A stretch of DNA of 64,000 nucleotides from the IMG/VR virus record IMGVR_UViG_3300042147_000020, positions 62,001 through 126,000 of that record. One strand, given 5' to 3'. The notes beneath the pieces were generated by a model. That model made no database searches, was not told where the DNA came from, and saw only the letters and a list, made by a program, of their open reading frames with translations. Position 1 is the first letter of the stretch; every line of letters begins with the position of its first letter. A program made the translations under genes and the position numbers. Positions 44,117 to 55,502 of the stretch are shown here, piece by piece.

Positions 44117-45343
44117 ATGTCTTCTAGTATTAAGGAGGTCTTTAAGCGACAGCTATCAGACCTCGAGCTTGACAGCAAGCTCGTTAAACGTTTGTCCCAC
44201 TTCAAGCACGCCTTCATCAACAAGAACGACGATCACATCAAGTTCTTCGGCGGTAACTTGCTGGGTGTGGAAGTTGTGCGGTATCTCCAAGCTGACCGTG
44301 ATGAATGGTTCAGTGAAGTCCTCGACGTGGATGACGTATCCCTGACTGAGGCTCTCTACTCGCTGGAGGTGATCAACGAGGAATACAAGCGCACCTCTGA
44401 TGTGGTTAACTTGACCAGCGTCTGGTTGCTCCATGCGATCTACAACTCCAAACAGCTCAGTGCTTTGGAGAAAGAGAAGTCGATGATCGACGTGGTGTAC
44501 ATGCTACAGGTGAAGTTTATCACCAGTATCTTTGCCCACTACTTTAAGTTCCCTGCCGACAAAGAGATTGCTCAGGCAGTCTACGAGTCCTTGAGCCGTA
44601 AGTACGCCCTCAAGCAAGCCGGTAGCTGGAACGCTTTGTTTACCGAACGTTCCAAAGATGTGATCGGCCACACCAGTATCCACCTGAAGACCATTAAGAA
44701 CTTCGACGATGACGATGCGATCTTGTACATGATCACAGACATCCAAGGCCGGATTCGTGAAGTGGTCAAGAAGATGTACGCGGTGTTGATCCAGATGCGG
44801 GACAACAAAGACCGTATCTCCAGTACCTCCAGCGTAGGTCTCACGACCGATGGCGAGGCGATCCTTAAAGACCGTCAGCGTAGCTTCTCAACGTACAAGC
44901 GTTACATCCACAGCGTGATCCCGGACAGACAGACGTTTATCCGTGATGAGGTGGTGTCAGTTATTACAGATGCCATGCACACTATGTCCCCGAAGTTATT
45001 TATCGACGTGTTGGAACACTGTAGCACCAACTACGGTAAAGCCAACCACGCTGAGATCGGCGACCTCTGCGATGAAACGTTACTCCATGCTTTCGAGTTC
45101 TTGTCTACTAACCGTGCGCTGCTGCGTAACCAAGGCGACCTGAGCAAACTGTTGACCCGACTGCGTTCGCTGTATATGGCGTCCCGAATGGTTGACCCTT
45201 CCTTGCTGAAGATGCGTGATCTGGCAGACTCTATTGTAGCCAAAGCTTCCATCAGTAAGAACAAAGCCATGCAAGCCAGTCTTCGTACCGGCCTGGAGTT
45301 GTACATCGTCCTACGTACCTTTACCATGAACTACTACTCGTGA
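44117..45343 (+). CDS. Conserved putative virion protein
   Basis: 408 aa helical protein convergent with terminase, GAGGA RBS. Confidence 0.6.
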   Translation: MSSSIKEVFKRQLSDLELDSKLVKRLSHFKHAFINKNDDHIKFFGGNLLGVEVVRYLQADRDEWFSEVLDVDDVSLTEALYSLEVINEEYKRTSDVVNLTSVWLLHAIYNSKQLSALEKEKSMIDVVYMLQVKFITSIFAHYFKFPADKEIAQAVYESLSRKYALKQAGSWNALFTERSKDVIGHTSIHLKTIKNFDDDDAILYMITDIQGRIREVVKKMYAVLIQMRDNKDRISSTSSVGLTTDGEAILKDRQRSFSTYKRYIHSVIPDRQTFIRDEVVSVITDAMHTMSPKLFIDVLEHCSTNYGKANHAEIGDLCDETLLHAFEFLSTNRALLRNQGDLSKLLTRLRSLYMASRMVDPSLLKMRDLADSIVAKASISKNKAMQASLRTGLELYIVLRTFTMNYYS

Positions 45344-45350
45344 GGCCGTA

Positions 45351-45719
45351 ATGCTGCGAATCGCCAAGGCACTTGGAACCCAGTTCAATTCGGAATCGTC
45401 ACAAACGATGCTGCTAATAGATCGTCTCCCACATGGCGCCGAGCTTCGACGTTTGATGAAGCACAGTAAGCTGGTGATCAAGCGCCGTCGTAAGACCGAA
45501 GAAGTTTCACTGTTCTGGTATAGTAACATCAAGGTGTCTTGGCACATCGACTACTTCGTGGTTCACTACCTCAAAGATGGTCGGTTCTTGAGTTACTCTA
45601 AGCGAGAACACAATGTACCGATGTCCTTCGAAACAATGGAATCGTTGTATTTGGAATCCCTTGAAGTCGTCAGGACTCAACTGAAATCAGAAGGTGTGTG
45701 GTCATCTCTTGGTTCTTAA
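45351..45719 (+). CDS. Hypothetical protein
   Basis: 122 aa, GAGG RBS. Confidence 0.65.
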   Translation: MLRIAKALGTQFNSESSQTMLLIDRLPHGAELRRLMKHSKLVIKRRRKTEEVSLFWYSNIKVSWHIDYFVVHYLKDGRFLSYSKREHNVPMSFETMESLYLESLEVVRTQLKSEGVWSSLGS

Positions 45720-45759
45720 GCGCATAACGAGGGAGGCCCAAGGCCTCCCTCTATGCCGT

Positions 45760-47970
45760 CTATCGACGCATCAGTGCTTGCCAGTGACTGGTGTTCGGTT
45801 TGGTCGAACTACCACCCCAGTTGATTCCCTTCGAGAAGAAATCGCTTTGGGTTTGTCGCTGAGACTTCTGGTTACGAGCCAGTCGTTCATCAGCCGCACG
45901 TTTGATCAAGGAGTCCATGTTAGTGATCTCCTCGGTGTCCTCAGTTACCCGAGTACTCAAGAACCGCAAACGAGCCTCACACTTAGTTACCGTGAAGGTA
46001 TCGTTAGCCTCACTGAGTTGCTCGTACAGATCGTCAATCTCCTTGCGGAACAACTTCTGCATTTGCTTCTCGTAGATTTCTTCTTGAGTCATCTGCTTAC
46101 TGTTGTCACTGACCCCAATCATTACCTGACTGCGGTCGATGCCATAGAACTCGAGGTTCCTCCCCAACGTAAGCAACCAGTTAGCCAACAGCCACGCGAC
46201 TACCGTGTCATCGTGCCCAGAAGCTTCGTGGTCAATCCGCCCTCGTTTCACTACCAACGCTCGGATCTCTCCTGACAGCACCTTGTCCCTTACCAGATGG
46301 CCTGACTTCTTCGCCGCGTTCTGCAACACAGTGGAGTAGAGGGTCATGCGTGATTCAGCAGAGGTGTTGAAACCAAAGTATTTCTTGGTAGCATCGTAGA
46401 ACGTGCTGGTACGACTGGTTGCCGGTTTCGAGATCTCCTTGAACAGATCCGGCTTCTCGTTCGCGTCATCAACGATACGGTTGAAAATACGACGGAAAGG
46501 ATCAATCCCGTGCTTAGGCAGAATCATCAACAGGGCGTCAACGATCATCTGGCCAGTCGACTTCTTCTCTGGGATCAAGGTCATGTTAGGGTACTTAACC
46601 ATGATCTCAGCCAGAGCGTTCGAGAAGCGGATCAAGTTGGTTTCGTTCACAGTGAACGCACCGACTACAGACAGATCACGCGCAGAGATAATAACACCCG
46701 CGATAGCATCTCGACCCACGGCTTCTGAAGTATCGAGACCGAGGATGAACGTGTCGTTGCGTTTGGCGACTTCCAGTTCCTTCTCGTCCAAGTACCAACG
46801 AATGCAGTACAGCTCTTTCGTGATCTCGGTGTACTTGACATCCCGAATCGAATCGCGGATCTTTTCGTTGAGTGCAGGAGTGAGTGGGGAACTCTGAGTA
46901 CCAGAAGTCCATACGTTGAAGAAGTCACGGTCAGCAGCCTCACCAAACGAGGAAGCCTGTGCCATCGCTTCGTACAACCATTCATCCGTGTAGCCCAACT
47001 GACGGTGACTGAAGGTGGCGTTGATCATCAACTTACGTCCAGCGCAGTTGACTTTAACCATTTGCTTCAGAGCGTCAATGTCCACACAGTCGTAGAACAA
47101 CTCAGTCCACGATGCAGCACCGTGAATCATGTCGTACATGAACTTACCGTCCCGGTCATCCTTCTTACCGGCGGTTGTGGTAAAGATGTTGCCGTGTGGT
47201 CGACCGTATTGCTTGGCCTCAGCACGAGCAGTGGTAGCAGCAGCCAGTGCAGCAGGTAGCGTGGTACCGATGTGGTTAATGAAGGGACCTTCGTCGATGT
47301 GGGTGATCGGTGCAGTCAGACCACGACCTAGGTTGTTTGCAGTGGACTCGGAGTTTTGTGCAACACCAGTGGTGTACTGGTTATCGTGAGTCTTACAAGT
47401 CACCTCGAATTGGTTGTCCGAGTCATCACGGTGTTTAGGCACCAAGTACTGCGGCAACAGATCACGCAGCTTCTTGATACGCTCAACGTTCTTCTTACGA
47501 AGCCCGTCATCCTTGGTGATCATGTTGATGATGGAGTTACCAGCACCAATGAACAGAAGCCACAACATCACACAGTCAGTAGACACTGACTTACCTGTCT
47601 GTCGAGGCTGGATCAACGCGATGTCGATACTGTTCAAGAACGCCCATGTTATCGCAATGTTACCCCGGTTAGCTTTGTACTGAATCGGGTTAGGACCAGA
47701 CACCGGAGGAATACGTACGACTTCACGCAGGAAGTACCAGATGTTGTAACGACACTCGATACCGATCGCAATCTTGGTCGCATCAGAAAGAATGGCGGAG
47801 TGTGGATCAACGCCCTTCAGGTCTTGGTTAATCAGTGCGAGTGGAAAATATCGGTTCTGGATCTTCATCTCCCCATACAGGGAAACCAGTCGTAGAAAGG
47901 ATTCGTTCTTGGTGTCGAAGTCCGGTCTAGCTGTCGTGAACCGATTCCAATCTTTGGCAAATAGAATCAT
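45760..47970 (-). CDS. terL: Terminase large subunit
   Basis: Walker A PRQTGKS, Walker B IDEG, coupling motif TTAG, nuclease LGLDTS and HDDTVVA. Start MILF at 47970. Confidence 0.92.
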   Translation of the reverse strand: MILFAKDWNRFTTARPDFDTKNESFLRLVSLYGEMKIQNRYFPLALINQDLKGVDPHSAILSDATKIAIGIECRYNIWYFLREVVRIPPVSGPNPIQYKANRGNIAITWAFLNSIDIALIQPRQTGKSVSTDCVMLWLLFIGAGNSIINMITKDDGLRKKNVERIKKLRDLLPQYLVPKHRDDSDNQFEVTCKTHDNQYTTGVAQNSESTANNLGRGLTAPITHIDEGPFINHIGTTLPAALAAATTARAEAKQYGRPHGNIFTTTAGKKDDRDGKFMYDMIHGAASWTELFYDCVDIDALKQMVKVNCAGRKLMINATFSHRQLGYTDEWLYEAMAQASSFGEAADRDFFNVWTSGTQSSPLTPALNEKIRDSIRDVKYTEITKELYCIRWYLDEKELEVAKRNDTFILGLDTSEAVGRDAIAGVIISARDLSVVGAFTVNETNLIRFSNALAEIMVKYPNMTLIPEKKSTGQMIVDALLMILPKHGIDPFRRIFNRIVDDANEKPDLFKEISKPATSRTSTFYDATKKYFGFNTSAESRMTLYSTVLQNAAKKSGHLVRDKVLSGEIRALVVKRGRIDHEASGHDDTVVAWLLANWLLTLGRNLEFYGIDRSQVMIGVSDNSKQMTQEEIYEKQMQKLFRKEIDDLYEQLSEANDTFTVTKCEARLRFLSTRVTEDTEEITNMDSLIKRAADERLARNQKSQRQTQSDFFSKGINWGGSSTKPNTSHWQALMRR

Positions 47971-48055
47971 AAGGGAACCCGTGGGTATAGGGAAGTATTC
48001 ATAGGTATACTCCACAGGGCATAAACGGAGCCCTAAGGCCCCGCCTATGTTTACA

Positions 48056-49744
48056 TCACGCCGTAGCGTCAACTTGTAGGGTAATCATGCCACCGATACC
48101 CAACTGGAGATCGCCTTCTGGTAGTCGACGGATGAAGCGAATGAACAACGGTTCGCCATCTGCCGGTACTTCTGGAACCAGCAATTCGGTGTTCCAACGG
48201 TCGAGTGGGTAGGTGTACTCGTTAGTCCCGATCATCACAACGAAGTGGTTAGGCTCCGGTGCTACCGTCTCAGACTGAGTATTGACCAACGGCTCGGCGT
48301 TGTAGAACACTTTATTCAGCCAAGTCGATTGCAGTTCGAGACCACAGTCAACCTTAAGCTTCCAGTTGTTAACGTTCACGAACGTAGTAATGGCCCGCAG
48401 ACCTTTACCGTACAACTCAGTTTGACCTGGACTGTACTCAATGTTCCAACCGTTACTGATCGAATTCCCTGGAGTCAAAAGCGCAATGCCTACTCGTTGG
48501 GAATGTCGCCAGTTACTGTAGCTGGAGTTGAGGTCGTTCATGTTGATACCGACGTCTACCCGCTGGATCGGACCGTAAGAGGTCGGATCGAACGGAGCCG
48601 AGTTCACACCGAACGTAACCAACGACGTAACTTCGAGGAACTCTGAACGGTTCAGGTTGAACAGGAACCAGCGCAGCTTGTAACCCAGGACTGCATCCAC
48701 CCACTGAGGGAAGCAGAACAGCTTGACCGAATACGCCCCATCGAGACGAGTAGTGGTTGCCCAATACGGTTCCGACAAGTGTTTCTGCAAGCTCGCCGAA
48801 GCCCCGTAGACGTACTCGTCTGATGAGAGCTTGTACGACAAGGCCAACTCGATCTTCTGCCCCACAATCGAAGCAATGAAGTTCTGAAGGCCATACAGGT
48901 TGAACTTGGTACCATCAACCGGCATGATCTTCTTCGAGCCGTCGCTGTAGGTCACAACACCACGAGCGTTGAGTGCTTCGACCGGCATGTTGATAGCAAA
49001 CTTCAACAGACTGTCGTCGCCTTCCGAGATAAACGGAGACTCGAGGTGGATGCTGGTGATGAACTTCTTCGACGCGTCCGTAGTACGGATAAACGACGTG
49101 TTCATGATCAGCAGCTTAGCGATTGAGGTAACGTTGCCGACGTCGTCATACATCACGACGGTTACGACTTCGTTATCAGGAAGTGCTTGACTGGTGTAAC
49201 CAACCATCGGGGTTTTCACCGCGTAGTTGATTGCCGCTGGAACGCCCGACTGTGGGTTGTTCGGCATCTGCACCAGTTCGAGTGGGATGTTCTCTCCCAG
49301 CAAAGTACCACCTTGGTCATACATCGCCGAGATGACTTTGGACTCGTCACTGATGTCAGTACCCCAGAACACTTTGATAGCCGACACGCTGGTACCGTAC
49401 ACCCGCAGACGCGAGTCAACAGCCAGTACGTGTGGGATCACCGAAGTGTCCAGATACACACGGTAGGATTCAGACTGGTAGCCAGGACCAACACCCAGAA
49501 GGATGTCTTCCTCGGATACAGACTCACCGATGTTCGGTGGAATGTACTGAACCAATTGACTCAAACCAGTGGACAGGTTCGTAGCAACACAACGCCACAG
49601 ACCAGTGTCCCAATCCCAGACTTCGTCGTTTACGTTGGGAACGTAGCGACCGGTGCCAGAAGGCCCCGTATAGATTTCATGCTTCTGCCACCGCGATGGA
49701 CCCCGGTTGGGATCACTAACGGGAATAATGGCCGCATCACTCAT
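48056..49744 (-). CDS. Virion structural protein (phiKZ gp26 position)
   Basis: ~562 aa beta-rich protein in the terminase-sheath block. Confidence 0.65.
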   Translation of the reverse strand: MSDAAIIPVSDPNRGPSRWQKHEIYTGPSGTGRYVPNVNDEVWDWDTGLWRCVATNLSTGLSQLVQYIPPNIGESVSEEDILLGVGPGYQSESYRVYLDTSVIPHVLAVDSRLRVYGTSVSAIKVFWGTDISDESKVISAMYDQGGTLLGENIPLELVQMPNNPQSGVPAAINYAVKTPMVGYTSQALPDNEVVTVVMYDDVGNVTSIAKLLIMNTSFIRTTDASKKFITSIHLESPFISEGDDSLLKFAINMPVEALNARGVVTYSDGSKKIMPVDGTKFNLYGLQNFIASIVGQKIELALSYKLSSDEYVYGASASLQKHLSEPYWATTTRLDGAYSVKLFCFPQWVDAVLGYKLRWFLFNLNRSEFLEVTSLVTFGVNSAPFDPTSYGPIQRVDVGINMNDLNSSYSNWRHSQRVGIALLTPGNSISNGWNIEYSPGQTELYGKGLRAITTFVNVNNWKLKVDCGLELQSTWLNKVFYNAEPLVNTQSETVAPEPNHFVVMIGTNEYTYPLDRWNTELLVPEVPADGEPLFIRFIRRLPEGDLQLGIGGMITLQVDATA

Positions 49745-49746
49745 GG

Positions 49747-52317
49747 TTAGACCCATCCGTCTTTAATAGAGACAAAGTGACTGATGTCAACTTTAGAATC
49801 AAGGTAGAAGGCAATAGCCCGGTTCAGGAAGTTGTACCGATAGATGTCCAACTCAACTTCGTACGACAGGTGGTGAGGGTGGATACTCACGTAACGTTCA
49901 TCGACGCCTAGCTTGCACGGATCGAATGCCAACAGGTACTCGTAATCGGTCAGCCAACGTTTGATGTCCATGTCACCGTAGAACGAAGTCATCTGTTCGT
50001 CCCAGATCGCACCATTGATCAAGTCGAATAGCACCTTACACGCAAACGGGCTGAACACCTCGTAACGTTCTTGGATGATATTCGGATCAGTGATCACAGG
50101 CTCTGGTAACTTCAGAGTCATGTAGTCGGAGAGGGCTTGGTCGATCACCCGAGACTTATTACGCAACGAGTACGTGTTTTCGTCTACTAGATTGCGCAGT
50201 GGAACCACTACGTCATCAATCAGGTACGGGCTACCGTTCTTCACGACATCAGTCAGATACACCCCACTGTGATCCTCGGCGAACACCAGATGCTCACGAG
50301 TCAGGGTTTTACCACGAACGATCATCCGCATGACTTTGTCGTCACGAATGTCGAAGCGTTTGTTACGACTGAGCAAACCGTTTTCAACGAACCCGAATTC
50401 AGCAGCCGGTTCCATCGTCATGTCGTCGTCAGGGAAACCCGTCACACGAACTACGATTTGCTGCGTGTCACTGGGCACGAGGAACTCGCGGTTAGTTAAC
50501 GTCACAAAGGGCCAGTTCAAGTAATAGTCCAAGCCTTCAATCAAGGCATGTCGATTCAAGAACAGTTCCAGTTTACCCATCCGCAGGTTCATGTCCTGCT
50601 TGTAGTAGTTCCCGTCACTACGCTTCTCTGATACTTGGATTGGGAAGTAGTACAACCCATCCGGTGCAATGAGGTCCTGACTGTAGGTCACGAACTTACG
50701 GTCGTCTCGAACAGCCGTGTACCAGTTGACGCGGTCCAGCAACCAAATAACCTTACCGTCCACGAAGCCGTAGTCCACATCTTTAACCGCAGACACCCAG
50801 TCATAAGAAGGCGTACCAGCCACCATCGAACACTTGTAGTACCGGTAGTTGTAAACAGGGTCGATGTCGCTCTGTGCCGCGTTGTAGATCGTCTCCAAGC
50901 TATCAGAAGCGATCCCCACCAAAGCTTCGATCAAACGACAGTCTTTGTTCCGAGGGTTGTAGTACACCCCCGTGCTGTGCGGGTAGTAACCGAGCAACAA
51001 ACCAGCACTGTCAAACTCGTAGCACGTTGCCGAATTCTGCAAAGCAAACGGCATCTTCACGAAACTGTCGTTAGCCAGAATCGTAACGTGTTGAGGAGTG
51101 TCGGCTACCAGCTTACTGATTGCGTTGTAGCCGTAAGCGTTCTGCACCAGCTCACGAGTGATCCCCGGACCTAGGTCACGCATTACCTTGGGATACATTG
51201 CTGCTTCCAAGTTGTCTGCCCGCCACACGGCTACAGTTGACTCAACCCCGAGCATGGCTTTAGGGATGTCGGCCAACGGAAGTTTGTACAACTCCTTAAT
51301 GCGGGAGTTCTCATTCACCAGTGGTCGTTTCCAACCAGACTCGCGAATGCACAAACGAACAGTGATGTCACCAGGGTCTGACCAGTCCGGATGAGCTGCG
51401 ACGAAACCGACTACGTAAGGCACTACCAGCGAGTAGTCCTTGTGCGTAACCATTCGCATCGAGTCGTCCTGATTCTTGTGGTGGTACACACCCTCAAAGC
51501 GACCGCTGGTCTCTTTCTTGATCAGATAGATGTCGATGTCGTCACGGTAGTCAATCGTGTCCTGTTGTGCGTCAGGGTAGTGGAGCAGGTATTTAAACTT
51601 GTTATCCACCAGACTGTTGAACGTACTGAGGTCACTGATCTTCAGGTCGACCACACGACGAATCGTGGAATCGTACACGTACTCGACCACGTCCCCTACC
51701 TTGAAGCGGTCGGGTTGGAAGTCGTCGATCAGATAACCGTTCTTGTAAGCAAAGGTGTGCCCAACCTTAGCCCTCAACGCTTGATACGCACGTTGATAGT
51801 TCAACAGCTTTGCACGGTCGCCATCGTAGGTGTAGCCGTCAATCAAGACGGTGTTCTCGATGTTGTACGAACGCTCAGAAGCGAAGTAGGCGTTGGAGTA
51901 GACCCGGAAGAACACGGGCTGGTTGTACAGGCTATCAAACTGCTCGTTACGCTTAATGGCGATCACGAGGTTTCGATCACCCATCACTTGGAGATACGCC
52001 AAGTGGCGAGGAATCTGAACACCGTCGATGTTGTACAAATCCACCATCATCTTCGCCTTGTTACAGACGGTAGAGAACGGTGTCCAAGTCTTCCATGAGT
52101 TCAACAACCCAAGAAGCTTCGGATGAATCTGTCCAATCCAGTAAACGTTATACAGGTTAGTGCGGTCTGGCAACGCGATGGTCTGCCATTCCACATCAAC
52201 CAAACGAGAGACGCCGTAAGGTCCAGTGATGTGAGCCAAACGGTAGATGTATTGATAGTCCTGATCGGGAGTACACCAGACATTGTCCAGTGCGTGCTCA
52301 ATCAAGTAATCAGACAT
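49747..52317 (-). CDS. Virion structural protein (phiKZ gp27 position)
   Basis: 856 aa in the terminase-sheath block. Confidence 0.65.
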   Translation of the reverse strand: MSDYLIEHALDNVWCTPDQDYQYIYRLAHITGPYGVSRLVDVEWQTIALPDRTNLYNVYWIGQIHPKLLGLLNSWKTWTPFSTVCNKAKMMVDLYNIDGVQIPRHLAYLQVMGDRNLVIAIKRNEQFDSLYNQPVFFRVYSNAYFASERSYNIENTVLIDGYTYDGDRAKLLNYQRAYQALRAKVGHTFAYKNGYLIDDFQPDRFKVGDVVEYVYDSTIRRVVDLKISDLSTFNSLVDNKFKYLLHYPDAQQDTIDYRDDIDIYLIKKETSGRFEGVYHHKNQDDSMRMVTHKDYSLVVPYVVGFVAAHPDWSDPGDITVRLCIRESGWKRPLVNENSRIKELYKLPLADIPKAMLGVESTVAVWRADNLEAAMYPKVMRDLGPGITRELVQNAYGYNAISKLVADTPQHVTILANDSFVKMPFALQNSATCYEFDSAGLLLGYYPHSTGVYYNPRNKDCRLIEALVGIASDSLETIYNAAQSDIDPVYNYRYYKCSMVAGTPSYDWVSAVKDVDYGFVDGKVIWLLDRVNWYTAVRDDRKFVTYSQDLIAPDGLYYFPIQVSEKRSDGNYYKQDMNLRMGKLELFLNRHALIEGLDYYLNWPFVTLTNREFLVPSDTQQIVVRVTGFPDDDMTMEPAAEFGFVENGLLSRNKRFDIRDDKVMRMIVRGKTLTREHLVFAEDHSGVYLTDVVKNGSPYLIDDVVVPLRNLVDENTYSLRNKSRVIDQALSDYMTLKLPEPVITDPNIIQERYEVFSPFACKVLFDLINGAIWDEQMTSFYGDMDIKRWLTDYEYLLAFDPCKLGVDERYVSIHPHHLSYEVELDIYRYNFLNRAIAFYLDSKVDISHFVSIKDGWV

Positions 52318-53221
52318 TCAGAGCCTCGATAAGACGTGAAGTGTTCAGGAGGAAACTCTTCCCGGCGTTGTTACGATCGGACGCTTGAACGATCTTGGCA
52401 ATACCAGAGTTCCGGTAGCTGCGGTCGAGCAACGACATGTAAACCATCCCCAGGAAAGTAGGGAGGTGTTCCAGTGCCACGGCCATGGTTTCTTTCTGGT
52501 TCAGCCCGAACCAACCACCGCCGACAATAGCAAACAACAGAGGAACGTTGAGGTTCTCGCCACGCTTGTTGTTCAGTACTTCTTTGATGACGTCAACCAG
52601 GTCTTGTGGACCGTCCATGTAACGCAGAGCGCCAGCATGATCGAATACCACATCAGCCGGAATGCGAGTGGCACGGGCTACCTTCAACGCGATCTTTTGC
52701 AGTTCACGTTCGTCGATCTCACCCGCTGGTCGGAACATGCAGGCGTAATAAACAGCCGCAACCATGGTGATCAACATTTGTTCTTGTGGAGAGAACGCCA
52801 GACGCTTGGTGATGTTCTCACCGAGGTAACGGGCAAAGACAGTCATCGGCAAGTCACCGAGGCCAGCCATATCTTCCACACCGTGTTGTTGGGCATAAAC
52901 AGTCAACGCAGCTCGTACGACGTTGAAGTTGTATTCACCCATGTTACTGATGCTCAACTCATCGCCCTTGCGACCACGAGTGTAACCCCGAACGTCCAGA
53001 ACTACCAGCTCACCGCCATCACGCGCTTTGAAGAACAACGGGTGGGCAAAGCCTGGAACTTCTTTGTTTTCTGGGATGACACCCCAAACAGAATTGACAT
53101 ACTTGCCGTTCATCTTGAGAGGTTGGATCTCGCCTTCAATTTCAGCGAGGGCCAGAGCCTTTCTGATGCTGTCCATCTGGTACCCAGCACAGGGTTTTGT
53201 TTCATACGGTGAGATCTTCAT
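52310..53221 (-). CDS. Virion structural protein (phiKZ gp28 position)
   Basis: 303 aa, divergent from the sheath gene. Confidence 0.6.
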   Translation of the reverse strand: MKISPYETKPCAGYQMDSIRKALALAEIEGEIQPLKMNGKYVNSVWGVIPENKEVPGFAHPLFFKARDGGELVVLDVRGYTRGRKGDELSISNMGEYNFNVVRAALTVYAQQHGVEDMAGLGDLPMTVFARYLGENITKRLAFSPQEQMLITMVAAVYYACMFRPAGEIDERELQKIALKVARATRIPADVVFDHAGALRYMDGPQDLVDVIKEVLNNKRGENLNVPLLFAIVGGGWFGLNQKETMAVALEHLPTFLGMVYMSLLDRSYRNSGIAKIVQASDRNNAGKSFLLNTSRLIEALNV

Positions 53222-53432
53222 TCGCTCAGGTCCCCAATGGAATGTAGGTGTAAAAGTTTACAAAACCGACATATGTACTTTAATACTTAGAATAGTATGA
53301 TGTATTACATCGGTACGGTAACTATACCATTCAAGTCAATTCTCTCTCTAAAGGACCATGGCCTCTTAGGGATGAGAGACTGGGATGGGTTCCCACAGCG
53401 GTAACTTAGATAGATCTATCACAGGAGCTGTT

Positions 53433-55502
53433 ATGATCAATATCAGAAACGCTGCTCCTCGCTCAATCCTGAAGGGCTTTAAAGATGAGAGCGGTCGCGC
53501 TCCGGTTGTAGAACCGGAACAGCTTCCTTCTCACTTGGCGCACACGTTCATCTTTTCTGAACGCGGTCCGCTCTTGCCCCAACTGGTTGTCGGGGACAGC
53601 CTGACCACTACTTACGGTGCGAAATCCTTCGACTACCGTTCGAAGTATGCCAACCACCAAACCGTGCTGGTTAACACCATCAACGGCGAGGGTAACTCGC
53701 AGTTGGTTCAACGTTTGGTTCCTGCTGACGCCAAGACCGCTACACTGGTTCTCTGGCTCGACGTGGTTGCCGACGAAATCCCGCAATTCGAGCGTAATCT
53801 CGACGAGTCGTTCAAGCTCTCCGAGCTGGGCGAGCGTATTGCAGTTGCCGCTGGTGCTCCAGTAGTTAACGGTTTCCGTGGGCGTTGGGTTGTCGAGGCT
53901 CTGCCTGCTGACAAATCCCTAGGCGAACTGGACACCAAAGCTGGCGCGCTGACCTCGGTCAAAACCGGTCTCCAGTCCGAGATGTACCCAATCCACGCGT
54001 TCACCGTTGCCTCCCCAGGCTCGTACGGTAACCTGGTTGGTATCCGTCTCTCTGCCCCGACTACCGAATCGTCTTCGCCAATCGACGACACCACCGCAGA
54101 AGAGGCGAAAGCCTACCTGTACCGGTTCGCGCTGGTTGAACGTCCAGACGAGTTCTCCACTCCGAATGTGAAAGAAACCATTCAGGGTGAGCAGTCGGTC
54201 GACTTCGCTTACAAACCGGGCGTGATCAACACCCGTACCGATAAGCTGGTCTCTGTTGAAGACATCCTGCTGCAATCGTGGAACGCTCCGGCAATCAACG
54301 GTATCCCAGCAACTGTCGGTGTGATCAACGACCAACACGTCTACCACGAAAACATCGCTTTGCTGCTGGCACAGTTCCAAGCCGCAGAAGAGCAGTACGG
54401 TCTGATCTCGGATTCCGAAGACGACACGCACTTGTTCAACTTCGTGGGTGGTAGCTCCATTAACAACGTTCCGTACTACTCGTTCGTTGTTGAAGGTCCT
54501 GCCTCTGGCGGTGTACTGTTGACCGAAACCTCTAGCCATTACGCTAAAGGTGGTTCCGACGGCACCATGGACTTCGCTACCTTCGACGCACTCGTTGCTA
54601 ACGCCACCGCCAACTACGGCGACCTGGCTGGCTTCGACTTCCTCGATACCGCGATCTACCCACAGAGCTGCATCTACGACACCGGTTTTACTCTGCCGAC
54701 GAAGAAGAAGCTGCTGACTGTGCTGGGTCGTCGTAAGGACATGTACGTCGTACTGTCTACCCAAGATGTGTCTGCCAAGCAGAACACCCCGTCCGAAGAA
54801 TCCAGCATCGCCGTCGCTCTGCGTACTGCCGCGCGGATGTTCCCGGAATCGGAAATCTACGGTACGTCGGTTTGCCGTGCTATCGTGATCGGCCACTCTG
54901 GCTACCTGATCAACTCCCAATGGACCAAGTTGACCCCGCTGACCATCGAGTTCGCGGCCAAGTCGGCTCGTTACATGGGTGCTGGTAACGGTATCTGGAA
55001 ATCGGCTCAGTCGTTCTCGATCTCCCCTGCCAACCAAGTCACCATGTTCCGTGACGTTAACGCCAGCTTCAAGAAAGTTGACGTGCGTTCTCAGGACTGG
55101 GAAAACGGCCTGGTGTGGGTACAGAACTACGATCGCCGTAGCCTGTTCTTCCCTGCGTTCCAAACCGTCTACGATGACGACTCCTCGATCCTGAACAGTT
55201 TCTTCAACATGGCTGTAGGTGTTGAACTGGAAAAGATCGCAGACCGCGCCTGGCGTGATCTGACCGGTATCGACTCGTTGACCCCGGACCAGTTCATTGC
55301 TCGTTCCAACCGCATCATCAGTGAAGCCGCTGCTGGCCGTTTCGACGGTCGTGTAGTGATTGAGGTCGAAACCGTCTTGACGGCTGCCGATACTCAGCGT
55401 GGCTACTCGTGGTCGTGTAACATCATCATGTACGGTAACAACATGATGACCGTTGGTTCGTTCACCATCGTTGCCCGTCGTCGTGAGGACCTCGACCAAT
55501 GA
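53433..55502 (+). CDS. Tail sheath protein (phiKZ gp29-like)
   Basis: ~689 aa. N-terminus INIRNAAPRS, YDTGF motif, sheath-type C-terminus, upstream of the tube gene. Confidence 0.85.
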   Translation: MINIRNAAPRSILKGFKDESGRAPVVEPEQLPSHLAHTFIFSERGPLLPQLVVGDSLTTTYGAKSFDYRSKYANHQTVLVNTINGEGNSQLVQRLVPADAKTATLVLWLDVVADEIPQFERNLDESFKLSELGERIAVAAGAPVVNGFRGRWVVEALPADKSLGELDTKAGALTSVKTGLQSEMYPIHAFTVASPGSYGNLVGIRLSAPTTESSSPIDDTTAEEAKAYLYRFALVERPDEFSTPNVKETIQGEQSVDFAYKPGVINTRTDKLVSVEDILLQSWNAPAINGIPATVGVINDQHVYHENIALLLAQFQAAEEQYGLISDSEDDTHLFNFVGGSSINNVPYYSFVVEGPASGGVLLTETSSHYAKGGSDGTMDFATFDALVANATANYGDLAGFDFLDTAIYPQSCIYDTGFTLPTKKKLLTVLGRRKDMYVVLSTQDVSAKQNTPSEESSIAVALRTAARMFPESEIYGTSVCRAIVIGHSGYLINSQWTKLTPLTIEFAAKSARYMGAGNGIWKSAQSFSISPANQVTMFRDVNASFKKVDVRSQDWENGLVWVQNYDRRSLFFPAFQTVYDDDSSILNSFFNMAVGVELEKIADRAWRDLTGIDSLTPDQFIARSNRIISEAAAGRFDGRVVIEVETVLTAADTQRGYSWSCNIIMYGNNMMTVGSFTIVARRREDLDQ